DNA from: Camelus ferus
Taxonomy: Eukaryota
Direction: 5' to 3'
Length of the DNA stretch: 64,000 nucleotides
Assembly (NCBI RefSeq): GCF_009834535.1
Contig: NC_045697.1
Coordinates: 61,630,001 to 61,694,000 of the forward strand
Of the stretch, positions 27,351 to 41,523 are shown piece by piece. Positions within the stretch are counted from its first letter, which is position 1. Each line of letters starts with the position of its first letter. Both the position numbers and the translations under genes were made by a program. Under the pieces are notes generated by a model. It did not search any database and was not told the origin of the DNA. It worked only from the letters and a program-made list of their open reading frames with translations.

Positions 27351-28444
27351 AGGAAATATACCTCTAAAAAGTAGAGTAAAATTTAGGCAAATACCAAACA
27401 AAAGTCAGGGCTGGCAAAAAAAAAAAAAGACTTCAGGCAAAAATGTGTAATTATGTAACAGGACCTTTCTGGTTAACCCCAAACTGACAGAATCAAAAGC
27501 TAAAGCAATAAGATAAGACATCCACTACATTCCAGAATAAGTAAAGAGCAGGAGCCAAACACTGTTTCCAGAACCTATTATGAGAGGGAATGAAACTGAT
27601 TTGCTGCTCTCAGCTATCATCCCAACCAATCTATTCCCCAGCCCTGTCAGTAGGTATGAACAAAAGCCAGAGAAGAAGTAAAGGAAGGAGAGTGAGAGAG
27701 AAAAAGAAAAAGAGAGAGACAGAGATAGAATAAGGGAGAAAGAGAGAAAATTATCATTTCCTGAAATTAAGTAAGGGAATCACTCCAAGGAAACATTGTG
27801 CAGTGGATTGGCTGAGCTGTCAGAGCCTCACCTTTACCCCCAAAGCCTATGTGATTGAAAGAAAATTAGATAAAAAGAGCAGAGTAGAGAGATGTAGTAG
27901 AGCAGCCTGCACATCCACCTCATGTCAAATGAGAGAATGTGAGTTTCCAGCAAGTCCAATGGGCACCACAGAAGGCAGCACAGACTGAGTTGTCTTGAAG
28001 GTATTTCTGAAGAGGGCCACCTGCTGGGCAAAGATGTTCAGCAACAAGAGACAATGGATGTACTGATGGGACAGAAAGGAGGGAGATTTGAAACAGTCTG
28101 AGCTAGAACTTCTCTACCATATGAGTAACCTGTACAATGCATAGGCTTTTAATATCATTGACCAGAAAGGTCTTTCTGGGACTGCTACAGGACCTACTTG
28201 AGATAGCAGTATCATTAAATGTCATCAGGAAAAGAGAGATTCAAGAGAACGTGACTAAAGTCAATGACTGGAGAAAACAAAGTCATTTTCTTCATACTTC
28301 ATGGAGCTTAGCCTATTCAATCACTATAACTAGTTTCAAAGGTAGTACAGAGAGTGGGCTTAAACTGATTAAAAATCTCACACACAGTGAAGATGGGCTA
28401 ATCATGAACCTCTAGGTACTGAATGTAATAGTATCAAAATGTCA

Positions 28445-28663
28445 CAAGCAAAAATGGACTCTGGGGCCGGATTGCATAGGTTGGAATTCTGATAAGTAAC
28501 ACTAAGCAAGTTATTTAAATTCTCTGTCCCTTCATTTCATAATCTGAAAAGTGGACTTAATAATAGGACCTTCCTCATTAGGTTTTTGTGAGGATCAAAG
28601 TATATAATATAACAAGTACTTCAAACAGTAATAAACACATAGAAAGTACTACATACATGCTAG
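28445..28663 (+). mobile_element. MIR SINE
   Basis: AGCAAGTTATTTAAATTCTCTGTCCCTTCATTTCATAATCTGAAAAGTGG...CCTCATTAGGTTTTTGTGAGGAT. Confidence 0.75.
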
Positions 28664-28749
28664 CCAGCAGCAGCAGCATTATTATTAATGCTAGGAGAAA
28701 TAGAAACACATTTGTGGGTGGAAATGTGAATAGAGCATTCTCAATTTTT

Positions 28750-29620
28750 AATAACTGAAAAAGAATCTACATAAAAAATAAATAATAAATATTTGCATGG
28801 TTAGAAAAATATTAATTACCATCTCAGGAAAAAACAGTAATAAAGAAATAAAAAAGTAAAAATATGAGTTACAAAGGTCTTGTGCCTTCCTATATAAAAA
28901 GCACAGTAGATACAAAAGGAATAAAACATCAAAAGAAAACAGAGTTAACAAAATGTAAATATACTGTATATATATAAAATTGTCAATATCATTATACTCA
29001 AGAATAAACAAAAATTGAATAAAGGGGGACTTTTAAAATGAACAAATTATTAAAAATTGAAAATTATTATCAATGTTAGCTAAATCACTAGGTAAAAGGC
29101 ACCCCCATGCAAGTCTGCATAAATTGGTGCAAATCTTTTGAAAGCAGTTGGTTACATAAGCCAAAGAGATTTCAAAATGTCCTTGCCCTTGGAATTGAAA
29201 ATTACATTCTTAAATTATCCAAAGGAAATATAGTGAAATACAGAAAATGTATAGACAAAGGTATTTAATGTAGCATTATTTAGAAGCAATATATATATAT
29301 ATATTTTGAATGTCCATGAATAATGTATACTTAGGTATTGAAGTATATGGATCTGACTATCAAGTAGTCATTTAAAATTAAGTTTTTGTTAAATGTGATT
29401 AGAAATTTCTGTTTTCAAATAAGTGAAAAGAAAAGGATATAAAGTTAGATAAAAAATAATATCTTAATTATGCAAATAACATACTAGTAAAATAAAGCGT
29501 AATATAAAGTGAATGCACAAAAATGTCAATAGTGATTATTTCAAGTATGTGAATCATTTTTTTCCTTAATTCTAATTTTGGTAATTTTAGTTTTCAATAG
29601 TGGGTATACATTACTTATAA
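28750..29620 (+). mobile_element. Ancient L1 (L1ME-like) 3' fragment
   Basis: AAATTGGTGCAAATCTTTTGAAAGCAGTTGG, TTATCCAAAGGAAATA and GTAGCATTATTTAG; heavily degraded. Confidence 0.55.
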
Positions 29621-32600
29621 CCAGAATTCTTAATTTGTAATTTAAGTTTCAAATACCAGCAGAGTTTGGAAGATGGAAACAACCCACAGCCAAGCCCTCT
29701 CATCACTATGTATATGTACCTATACATGCACTGATGTGAATTCTCATTCAACGGGTACTATACTTGTCTGAAATATATTCCTTTAGCTACACTGGTTTCA
29801 TTGTGCTGTTGCACTGAAAGTTTATCCTTTTAACCATTTTATTGCATTTCTTTGTAAGATAAATGTTTATCAGGGATACATTGCTCTTCTTGGTGACTAT
29901 GCTATGGTGGAGAGAAAATGTATTCTTTAAGGTAGGTCAGTGCCAGCTCACCATATTCTTTCCTCTTTTATTTGGTTGTGACACATGGATTGAATGTTTT
30001 CATTAGTCTGAGACTTGGATCTTTTGCCTCCTAAATCTTTTTCTTTCCCTTGCCTGTTTTGTCACAGTTTATTAAAAGCACATTTTGTTCTGTGGAATTA
30101 GATTCCCATCTCCTTAGCTTGATGGGATTTTTGTCTCGTCACCTGAGAACTGTAGATTACAGGATAATTCAGTAATACTTTAAATCAAGGAATTTAATAA
30201 AACTGCTATGTTGAATACAATTTAAAAGCACTCTAAAATAGATTAGTCTAAAATATATGGACTGCCTTTCAGTTTCTATAAACTTTTAAAGATAGACTGT
30301 GAATATTTATGTGGGATAAAAATCCAGATTAAAAATTTAAATTATATGCATATATATGTATACAAAGGCACATATTACATAGATATCTGCAGACAGAACT
30401 CAAATTGAGTACCATGAAGTCAGAAAGAACACATGGTACAGGTAAAAAGCAAAAGCCCTTAATCTATCCTCATTTTTAGCCCTGCTCCTTCTTCCCCTCC
30501 CCCAAACCCTCTCATTATGCCCTCCCTTTTCCTCTCTTTCTCTCTCCTCTCCCTTCCCCATCTCCCTCTCACTGTGTGTATGTGTGTGTGTCTGTCTGTG
30601 TGTGTTAAAGAATTCTTAGGCTGTAATTTTCTATCTTTGTATGAAATATAAAATAAAATGGCCTAAAGTTGTCATTTACACTAATTTGGTCATTTTGATA
30701 CATGCAAAAAAGAAAAATAATCCATTTACATTCTACCCATCTTTTCTAAAATAGATTAAAAAACAGGAAAAATTGCAACTTGAAATATTGCCACATACTG
30801 GTGATCCAGAGAAATGATGTTTCAAAACAAACAAACAAAAAACCTGAAATATTACACTAATTATTTTAAAGCTTTACCCAAAGAGTACTCAGAGTTAATT
30901 TTTAAGTGACTTTAGCAAGTTATTTCACTTCTCTGATCCTCAATTTCTCCCTTTTTTCAGAATAATAAATTGGGGTTTTTCTTAAAAATATAATGCTTAT
31001 TATAAAAACCATCTTAAAACATACAAAGAAGAGAGATTACATGGGCAGAGATCTTCCATGGAGAGTGAATGGTTTGAGCCACATATTGGGCACCCTGGAA
31101 TCCAACACTAGGAAGACAAGTCTCACTGGCTAGTAGGACTAAGAGGAGGGCTGAGAGAAGCCTGGAGTCCATTCATCAGGCATGTACATACGCTTGCTTA
31201 ATCCTGAAACAGGGCAGAGAGGGCAGGTTGAAACTCCATGGGTTGCTGGCAAGTTTCCCCCAACCTTCCCAGCACATGCCCCAGCCTAAACTGAGACATC
31301 GCTCCAGCCCCTTGCTTCATTATGCAATTCTGCACTGGGGAGAGGGCTGTCCTGGTTTAGAGGAGATCTCTGCTATGAGATACAAAAGCAGCTCAGACCT
31401 ACAGAGGTGTCTAAGCAGGACATGGGTAGCCATTACTGGCCTTTACACAGGAGTGCATCAGAAGTGGTCTAAGTCTCTGACAGTAGCAGGACCACTACAG
31501 CCTGTACCCTGACCCACACTGAACACCTTCACCAGTGCCTCTTACTCCAGCATTGTTCATCTCAAGGGTGAGGGGGCCAGTGCTGGGGGGAAAATCACAT
31601 ACAAAGAAAACGGAGTCACTTCAGACCTGAACCTCAGGGCTTCTGCCCCAGCAATGTGGAACCCAACCTTGCCCCCAGTAGAGCAGTGACAGCCACTGAG
31701 CAGAGGAGAAGCCCTAGCTGACACCTGGCTCTGGCCCTAGCCCATCCATCTCAAGCCCCTCTCCTACCAAGGTGATAGCTGCTAGAACACCCCGGGGAAG
31801 TCATGACTTGTATTGATGTCAGATCCTGCCTGTTCACCAAAGCCACTGGGAACATGCAGACTGTATAGGGGACACCACTTTAACATTGCAATAGGTATCT
31901 GTTTCACAGAGACAGAGAAACTTAAGCAAAAGGAGAAGACAGAGGAATTTGTTTCAATTAGAGAGCAATAGAAAACCCCTGAAAAACAACTAATAAAACA
32001 ATTCACCAGATAAAAAGTTCAAAGTTTTAGCAATAAGAATGCTAACTGAATTAGGGAAAAGAACAGAGGAAAATATGAGAATTTTAACAAGGAATTAGAA
32101 AATATAAAAAAGAACCAGTCAGAACTGAAGAACACAATAACTGAAATGAAAAACACATTAGAAGGAATTAACAGCAGACTAGGTGATACAGAAGAAGGCA
32201 TAAGTGACTTGGAAGACAGAATCATGGAAATCACTCAATTGGAACAGCAAAAAAAGAGGTGGGGAGAGTTTAAGAAACCTCTGGGACAACGTAAGTATAC
32301 CAACATTCACATTATAGGAGTCCCTAGAAGAAGAAGGGCAGCATCAAAAATGCATTTGATGAAATTATGGCTGAAAACTTCCCAAACCTGTAAAAGAAAA
32401 CTTATCAAGGTACAGGAAGCACAGAGGATCCCAAACAAGATGAACTCAAACAGACTCAAACCAAAACATATCATAATTAAAATGGCAAAGTTAAAGGTAA
32501 AAAGAAAATTCTAAAGGAAGAAAGATAAAAACAAAGAGTTACATAAAAGGTAACTCTCATAAGGCTATCAGCTGATTTTTCTGCAGAAACTTTGCAGGCA

Positions 32601-34815
32601 GAAGGGAGTGGCATGATATAGTTAAAAGTGCTTAAAGGGAAAAACCTAAAACCTAGGAGAATCTAGCTAGAAATATTATCATTAGGATTAAAAGAGAGAT
32701 AAACAACTTCGCAAACAAGCAAAAACTAAAAAAGTTTATCAATATTAAACCTACCATAAAAGAAATGTTAAAATCTTCTCTAAGTGGAAAAAAAATGGGT
32801 TTAACAACAAGTATCTATAGGAAAGAAAAACGTATCACTAGAAAAAGCAAACATATATAAAGACTGAAGATCAACCACTTAAATAAGCTAATACGAAGAG
32901 TAAAAAAGGAAAATTCTAAAATCAACTGTAACTACAATAATCACTATAGGAATAAACATGAATGTATAAAATATGGTATTACAAACACAAAATGTAGGGA
33001 AGGGGAGTAAAAAATATAGATATTGTTGAATGTATTTGAATTGAAGCAAGTACCTGTTTAAAACAAGTAGATATAGTTATAGGTCAACATATATGAACTC
33101 CTTGGTAACCACAAATCAAAAACCTACAGTAGATACACAAAAACTAGAGAGAAAAAAACACAAGCATAATGCTAAAGAAAAGTGTCAGACCACAAGGAGA
33201 GAAACTAGAAGAAAACAACAAAGAAAAACTACAAAAATAGCCAGAAAAACAAATGGCAAAATGGCCATAAGTATACACCTATCAATAATCATTTTAAATG
33301 CCGATGCACTAAGTATTCTAATCAAAATACACATGGTGACTGACTGGATTAAAACAAAAAAAGACCTGTCTATTTGCTACTTACAAGAGACTCACTTAAG
33401 AGCTGAAGACACACAGAGATTAAAAGTAAGAGAATGGAAAAATATTTTATGCAAATGAAAACAGTAAGAAAGCAGGGGTAGCAATACTCTTATCAAAAAA
33501 AAAATAGACTTTAAAATAAAATCTACAACAAATGACAAAGAAGGGCATTATATAATGATAAGGGATCAAAACAAGAAGAGGATATAACACACATTAAGTA
33601 CATATTCAACTAATAAAGGAGCACCTAAATAGATGAAGCAAATATTAACAGACATAAAGGGAGAAATTGAAAATAATACAATAGTAGGGGACCTTAATAC
33701 CTCACTTACATCAATGGACAGATCATCCAGATAGAAGATCAAAAAAGCAATAGTGGTCTTAAAAGACATATTAGAACAGTTACTAGGAGTCAATAGGTAT
33801 CTATCGGACATTCCCTCCAAAAACAGCAGAACACATTCTTTTCAAGTGCACATGAAATGTTCTTCAGAATAGATCACATGTTATACCAGAATACAAGTAT
33901 CAACAAACGTCAGAGGACAGAAATTATATCAAGCATTTTTTTCAGACCAGAACAGTATGAAGCTGGAAGTCAAGCACAGGAAGGAAAATGGAAAAAGCAC
34001 AAACACATGGAGGCTAAGCAACATGATACTAAAAACCAATGGATCAATGAATAAATTAAAGAGAAAATCAGAAAATACTTTGAGATATACGAAAGTGGAA
34101 ACACAACACTCCAAAATCTACGAGATGCTGCAAAATAAGTTCAAGATGGAAGTTTATAGTTATACTGGCCTACCTCAAGAAACAAGAAAAATCTCAAATA
34201 AACAATCTAACCTACCATTTAAGGAATTAGAAAAAGAAGAGCAAACAAAGCTCAAAGCCAGTAAAAGAAAGGAAATAATAAAGATCAGAGAGGAAATAAA
34301 CAGAACAGGGGTCAAAAGAACCATTGGAAAGATCAATGAAATCAAGAGCTGATTTTTTGAAAAGATAAAGAAAATTGATAGACCTAGCCAGGCTTATCAA
34401 GAAAAAGAAAGGTGAGGTGACCCAAATAGAACAAAATGATAAATAAAAGAGGAAAAATAACAACTCATATCACAGAGATTTAAAAAAATCACAAGAGAAC
34501 ACTATGAAGATGTATGCTAACAAATTGGACAATCTAGAAGAAATGGACAAATTTCAAGAATCATACAACCTTCCAAGACTGAACCAGGAATAGAGAATCT
34601 GAGCAGACTGGTTACTAGTAACGAAAATAAATTTGTGGAAAAAAAAAAAATCTAAGCAAACAGAAGTCCAGGACCAAATGACTTCACAGGGGAATTCTAC
34701 CAAATATAAGGAAGAGTGAATACTTATCCTTCTTAAATTACTCCAAAAAATTGAAAACTCAAATTCATTCTACAAGACCACTATTACCTTAGTACCAAAA
34801 TCAGACAAAGACATT

Positions 34816-36070
34816 GGGCCAAGATGGCGGAGTAGAAGGACGCTGGTAGCTCACCCTCTCCCACAAATGCACCAAGACTCACATCCACAGACCCACTCAG
34901 CCAGCCAGAGCACCTGCTGGAACTCTGACAGAACATCATCCTCTTCAAAAGATAGAGACGCCAAAAATCCAATAGGAGAAAAGGAAAAAATTAAGAAAAA
35001 AAGGCAAAACAGAGCAGGACAGGTCCTGCGGGGAGGGAGCGGCAAAGGAGGACTGGCGCTCGTTCACTGGGTCCCCCCTCTCCAACGGAGGGGCCAGCGG
35101 GACAGAGGAGGAGCCTCTGAGGCTCGGATCTGTACAGAGCAGCCCTTGACCAACAGAACTAAGTTAAACGGGCAGAGAGGGTTCCCGCGACACCCAGCCC
35201 GAGAGGTGGCCCGACAACTGGAGGCAAGGCCAGGCTGCCCGAGCCAGGTGGAGGACGGGGATGGCTGCACTGAGGCAGCCCCGGGGGAATGCAGGGGGCT
35301 GTGCACCATGGCTGTGGGTGCACAGGGCAGAACAACCTGGGCACTCCATAAAACAACACGGCTGATGTGCCCTGGGGGGAAGGGGGCATACCCCAAACTC
35401 TGAAAACCCACGGAAAGTTTTCGGGTGAAGAGAGGCGGGGCTCAGGCACAGCTGCCATATCCTCCGGCGCTTAGCACCCAGGAGGGGGTGGGGGCGAAAC
35501 CTGCATCCGCCCCTAAAGATTTAGCAGCCTCAAAGGCCAGATGGAGACTTGTCTACAGCCAGAGGCAGATAGGATCCTTCAGTCCTGGTCCCCCAGAGAA
35601 CTTGCTCCGCCAAGACAAACAAGGAGCTGGGTTTTGGCCTGGAGCAGGGACAGGGCTGTTCCTCGGTCTTCCCGGAGCCCGCCTGCAGAGCGCCAACCCG
35701 AGGCGGAGCTCGCAGCAGCACAGAGCAGCAGAGCGAAAGGTGCCGGGAGAGGGCAGGCAGCCCCCTACCTTTCAGGCAGGAATGCTGTGCTGGGAGGGGG
35801 CGCAACACCCCCCTCCCACCTGGCGAGTCTGCAACATCTGACTGCAGCATTGGGAGGGGCAGTGACCCGCCCGCCCACAGCAAAGGAGAGCTGCACCTGA
35901 CCCAGTGTTGGGAGGAGGCGCGATCTGCTTGCCAACAGGCACTGGGAGCAGCACAGATGAGGGTGCCAACGGAGGGCCTCTGAAAACAGCAAGCTGAGCT
36001 TCCAAAACAGGACGAAGACAGAAACACTTCACATTAAAAGCACACAGTCTCCAGAACACCGACCCCCCCC
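34816..36070 (+). promoter_or_regulatory. L1 5' UTR internal promoter / CpG-rich island with YY1 motif
   Basis: CAAGATGGCG YY1 consensus at the element start. Many retained CpGs in an otherwise CpG-poor window. Confidence 0.75.
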
Positions 36071-36399
36071 CTTTTTTTTTAAATCTGTTTTTATCTGTTC
36101 TATTTTCTATTACCCTTTTAATTTTTACTTCTTAAACAATTATATATACCCTCAGGTTTAATCCCTTTTAAATTTTTAAAAAATATTTTATTATTATTTT
36201 TAAAAATTCTGCTTCAACTTGCTCTTCTATTATTCATTATACACTGTTTTCAAACCTTTGTTTCTCCCTTCTTTTAAAATTCTTTCTCTCTCTCTTTTTT
36301 TTCTTTTCTGTTTTATTCCTACATAGGCATTAGATAGATAAACTCCATTAGGATGACAATAGATAACTGATACTCCATAAACCACAGTGCCAGAGAGGT

Positions 36400-37301
36400 A
36401 TGAGCAAGATGAAGAAGCAGAGAAACCATTCCCAATTAAAAGAACAAGAGAAATCCCCTGAAAGAACAATCAATGAAATAGACATCAATAGCCTGCTAGA
36501 TCAAGATTTCAAAAAAGGAGTGATCAAAGTATTCAAGGAACTAAAACAGATAGTGTTTAGACATATAAAAATGTCAAAAATGAAATTGAAGCTATAAAGA
36601 AGAGCCAAGTAGAACTGGTAAACTCATTGGCTGAGATGAGGAATGATCTAATGGCTGTGCAAAGCAGACTAGATAATGCAGAGGAACGAATTAGTGACCT
36701 AGAAGACAGAACAATGGAAAGCACCCAATCAGAACAGCTACAAGATAAACAAATAAAAACAAATGAAAATAGCATAAGGAACCTATGGGATAATATAAAA
36801 CGTGCCAATCTTCGCATAATAGGGGTCCCAGAAGGGGAAGAAAGATCAAAGGAGATTGAAAAGGTTTTTGAAGAAATCATGACTGAAAACTTCCCAAACT
36901 TAAAGAAGGAATCAGATATCCAAGTACAGGAAGCTCAGAGGGTCCCAAATAGGAAGAACCCAAACAGACCCACACCAAGACATATCATAATTAAGATGGC
37001 CAGAGTCAAGGATAAAGAAATGATACTAAAGGCAGCAAGAGAAAAAGCAGAGTGAGTTACAAGGGAACCCCCATAAGGCTCTCAGCTGATTTCTCTACAC
37101 AAACACTACAGGCCAGAAGGGAGTGGCAAGATATATTCAAAGTTCTGAATGAAAAAAAAGATGCAGCCTAGGATGCTTTATCCAGCAAGGCTATCCTTTA
37201 GGATAGAAGGAGACATAAAGAATTTCACAGACAAGAGAAAGCTACAAGAGTTTAGCAACACTAAACCCATGCTAAAAGAAATATTGAAAGGTCTACTCTA
37301 A
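36400..37301 (+). pseudogene. L1 ORF1p (coiled-coil/RRM RNA chaperone), frameshifted
   Basis: ORF fragments MSKMKKQRNHSQLKEQ and NLRIIGVPEGEE...ENFPNL...RPTPRHIIIKM, with frameshifts near 36570 and 37050. Confidence 0.93.
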
Positions 37302-37709
37302 ATAGAAAAGCAGCAGGATGCTACAGAAATGAGAAACTCACAACTGGAAAGGTGATAATTCATGAATTACAAATAAAAATAAACACAAAATTCTAAAAGA
37401 AGACATACAAATCATTGAGAGTGGAAGAGGGAGGCAGGAAAATATAGAATTTTTTTTTTCTTTCTTTTTTAAATTTTTTGTTCTTGGTAGGATGGGTTTG
37501 GGATCATGTTACTATCAGTTTAATAAAAACAGTTATACTAAGGGGCTAAAAGACTTACAAAAAAGGGTAACCACAAGCGAAAAACTTACAAGGGAGTCAC
37601 AAAAACTAAATAAAATCCATGATAATACAAAGGAAAATTACCAAACCACAAAAGGAAGAAGAAAGGAACAAAGAGGAAATACCAAATCAACTGCAAAGAT
37701 AAATGCAAA

Positions 37710-40700
37710 ATGGCAATAAACACACACCTATCATTAATTACTGTAAATGTTAATGTACTAAATACTCCAGTCAAAAGACATAGAGTGGCAGACTGGATAA
37801 TAAAGCAAGAACCTTCAATATGCTGCATACAAGAGACCCACTTTAGGGAGAAGGACACATATAGATTGAGAGTGAAAAGATGGAAAAGGATATTCCATGC
37901 AAATGGAAAAGCCAAAAAAGCAGGTGTTGCAGTACTGATTTCAGACAAAATAGACTTTAAAACAAAGGCCATAAAGAAAGATAAAGGACATTTTATAATG
38001 ATTAAAGGAGTGATACAAGATGAGGATATTACACTCATTAATATATATACACCCAATATAGGAGCACCTAAATACATAAAACAATTACTAACAGAGATAA
38101 TGGGGGATATTGATGGGAATACAATCATAGTCGGAGATTTTAACACAGCATTAACATCACTAGACAGATCTTCCAGACAGAAAATAAATAAGGCAACAGA
38201 GAAACTAAATAATACAATAGAAAAATAAGATTTGGTGGATATTTTCAGAGCATTACACCCCCCCCCAAAATAGGACATACATTCTTTTCAAGTGCACATG
38301 GAACATTTTCCAGGATTGATCATGTACTTGGGCACAAAAGAAACCTCAGCAATTTTAAGAAGGCAGAAATTATCACAAGCATCTTTACTGACCACAATGC
38401 CATGAAACTAGAAATCAACAACAGAGAAACAAAGGAGAAAAAAAGGAAAGCATGGAGATTAAACAATATGTTATTAAAAAACAATGGGTCAATGAGGAAA
38501 TCAAAGCTGAAATTTAAAAATACCTTGAGACAAATAAAAATGAAAGCACAACCACACAAAATTTATGGGACACAGCAAAGGCAGTGCTAAGAGGGAAGTT
38601 TATAGCAATACAGGCCTTCTTCAAAAAAGAAGAACAATCTCAAATAAATAATTTAACCCACCAGCTGAATGAACTAGAAAAAGAAGAACAAAAAACCCCC
38701 AAAAGGCAGCAGAAGGAAGGCAATTATAAAGATTAGGAAGGAAATAAATAAAATACAGGTTAAAAAGACCATAGGAAAAAAATCAATCAAACCAAAAGCT
38801 GTTTTTTTTGAAAAAGTAAATAAAATCGAAAAACCTCTGGCCAAACTCACTAAGAAAAAAAAGAGAGCACAAATTAGCAAAATAAGAAAGGAAAATGGAG
38901 AAATTACAACAAATTAAATAGAAATACAGAATATCATATGAGAATATTATGAAAAACTATATGGAACCAAACTGGATAACCTAGAGGAGGTGGACAAGTT
39001 TCTGGAAACATACTGTCCACCAAGACTGAATCAAGAAGAAACTGACCACTTGAACAAACTGATCACTAGAAGTGAAATCGAAATAGCAATAAAAAACCTC
39101 CCTACACATAAAAGTCCAGGACCGGATGGCTTCACTGGGGACTTCTACCAATCATACAAAGCAGAACTCATACCAGTCATTCTCAAACTTTTCCAGATGA
39201 TTGAAAAGGAGGGAATACTCCCAAACTCATTCTATGAAGCCACCATCACCCTGACACCAAAACCAGGAAAAGACACTACCAAAAAAGAGAATTATAGGCC
39301 AGTATCACTAATGAACATAGACGCCAAAATCCTCACCCAAATATTATCAAATAGAATCCAACAACACATAAAAAAGATTATACATCATTCCCAAGTGGGG
39401 TTCATCCCAGGGACACAAGCGTATTTCAACATATGCAAATCAATCAATATAATACATCACATCAACAAGAGAAAGGACAAAAACTACATGATCATCTCAA
39501 CAGATGCAGTAAAAGCATTTAATAAAATTCAACACCCATTTATGATAAAAACTCTCACCAAAGTGGCTATAGGGAACATATCTCAACATAATAAAAGCTA
39601 TATATGACAAACCTACAGCCAGCATAGTACTCAATGGTGAAAAACTCAAAAGATTCCCACTAAAATCTGGGACAAGACAAGGATGCCCACTATCACCACT
39701 CCTATTCAACATTGTCTTGGAAGTCCTAGACACAGCAATCAGGCAAGAGAGAGAAATAAAAGGGATCCAAATTGGAAAAGAAGAGGTAAAAGTGTCACTA
39801 TATGCCGATGACATGATACTGTATATAGAAAACCCCAGAAGGTCCACACGAAAATTACCAGAGCTGATCAAAGAATTCAGCAAGGTAGCAAGTTACAAGA
39901 TTAACGTTCAAAAATCAGTTGCATTTCTTTACATTAATGATGAATCAACAGAAAAAGAAAGTAAAGAAACAATCCCCTTTAAAATAGCACCCAAAGTAAT
40001 AAAATACCTAGGAATAAATCTAACCAAGTGGGTGAAAGAATTATACACAGAAAACTATAAACCAATGATGAAGGAAATTAAAGAAGGTTTTTAAAAATGG
40101 AAAGATATCCCATGTTCTTGGGTTGGAAGAATCAGTATTGTTAAAATGGTCACACTGCCCAAGGCAATCTACAGACTTAATACAATCCCTATCAAATTAT
40201 CCAGGACATATTTCACAGAACTAGAACAAATCATAATAAAATTTATACAGAACCATCGAAGACCTAGAATTGCCAAAGCCTTACTGAAGAGAATGAAAGA
40301 GGCTGGAGGAATAACTCTCCCAGACTTCAGACAATACTATAGAGCCACAGTCATCAAGACAACATGGTATTGATACAAAAACAGACATATAGACCAATGG
40401 AACAGGATAGAGAGCCCAGAAATGAACCTGCAAACTTTTGGTCAACTAATCTTTGACAAAGGAGGCAAGAATACACAATGGAATAAAGACAGTCTCTTCA
40501 GCAAATGGTGTTGGGAAAACTGGACAGCAGCATGTAAAGCAGTGAAGCTAGAACACTCCCTTACACCATACACAAAAATAAACTAAAAATGGATCAAAGA
40601 CTTAAACATAAGACAAGATACAATAAACCTCCTAGAAGAAAATATAGGCAAAACATTATCTGACATACATCTCAAAAATGTTCTCCTAGAACAGTCTACT

Positions 40701-41523
40701 CAAGCAATAGAAATAAAAGCAAGAATAAACAAATGGGACCTAATGAAACTCACAAGCTTCTGCACAGCAAAGGAAACCATAAGTCAAACAAAAAGACAAC
40801 CTATGGAATGGGAGAAAATTTTTGCAAATGAAACCAACAAAGGCTTGATCTCCAGAATATATATAAGCAGCTCATACGACTAAATAAGAAACAACCAAAC
40901 AACCTAATCCAAAAATCGGCAAAAGACCAAAACAAGCAATTCTCCAAGGAAGACATACAAATGATCAATAGACACATGAAAAAATGCTCAATATCACTAA
41001 TTATCAGAGAAATGCAAATCAAAACTACAATGAGGTATCACCTCACACCAGTCAGAATGCCCATAATTCAAAAATCCACAAATGACAAATGCTGGAGAGG
41101 CTGTGGGAAAAGGGGAACCCTCCTGCACTTTGGTAGGAATGCAGTTTGGTGCAGCCACTGTGGAAAACAGTATGGAGATTGCTCAAAAGACTAGGAATAG
41201 ATTTACCATATGACCCAGGAATCCCACTCCTGGGCATATATCCAGAAGGAACCCTACTTCAGAATGACACCTGCAACCCAATGTTCATAGCAGCACTATT
41301 TACAATGGCCAAGACATGGAGACAGCCTAAATGTCCATCAATAGATGCCTGGATAAAGAAGGCGTGGTATATTTATACAATGGAATACTACTCAGCCATA
41401 AAAACTGACTACATAACACCATTTGCAGCAACATGGATGCTCCTGGAGAATGTCATTCTAAGTGAAGTAATCCAGAAAGAGAAAGAAAAATACCATATGA
41501 GATCGCTCATATGTGGAATCTAA
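37710..41523 (+). pseudogene. L1 ORF2p (APE endonuclease + reverse transcriptase + C-terminal Cys-rich domain), disrupted
   Basis: [48 protein letters not shown] and CWRGCG...HCG motifs. Nonsense codons at 38226, 40371 and 40584 plus several frameshifts. Confidence 0.95.

Noticed and set aside
29948..30055. Minus-strand open frame ending at a GTGAGC donor
   Set aside because: The acceptor is weak, and joining it to the 22.9-kb candidate exon gives an immediate stop.
34867..36059. Overlapping 100-178 aa ORFs on both strands
   Set aside because: They lie in the GC-rich L1 5' UTR, where stop codons are rare. No recognisable domains, and a single copy gives no evidence for an ORF0-like product.
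37586..38278. 230-aa hydrophobic minus-strand ORF
   Set aside because: It is the antisense shadow of the A-rich L1 ORF2, not a membrane protein gene.
36400..41523. Possibly active L1 masked by homopolymer sequencing errors
   Set aside because: It carries substitution nonsense codons (e.g. TGA at 40371, TAA at 40584) as well as frameshifts.
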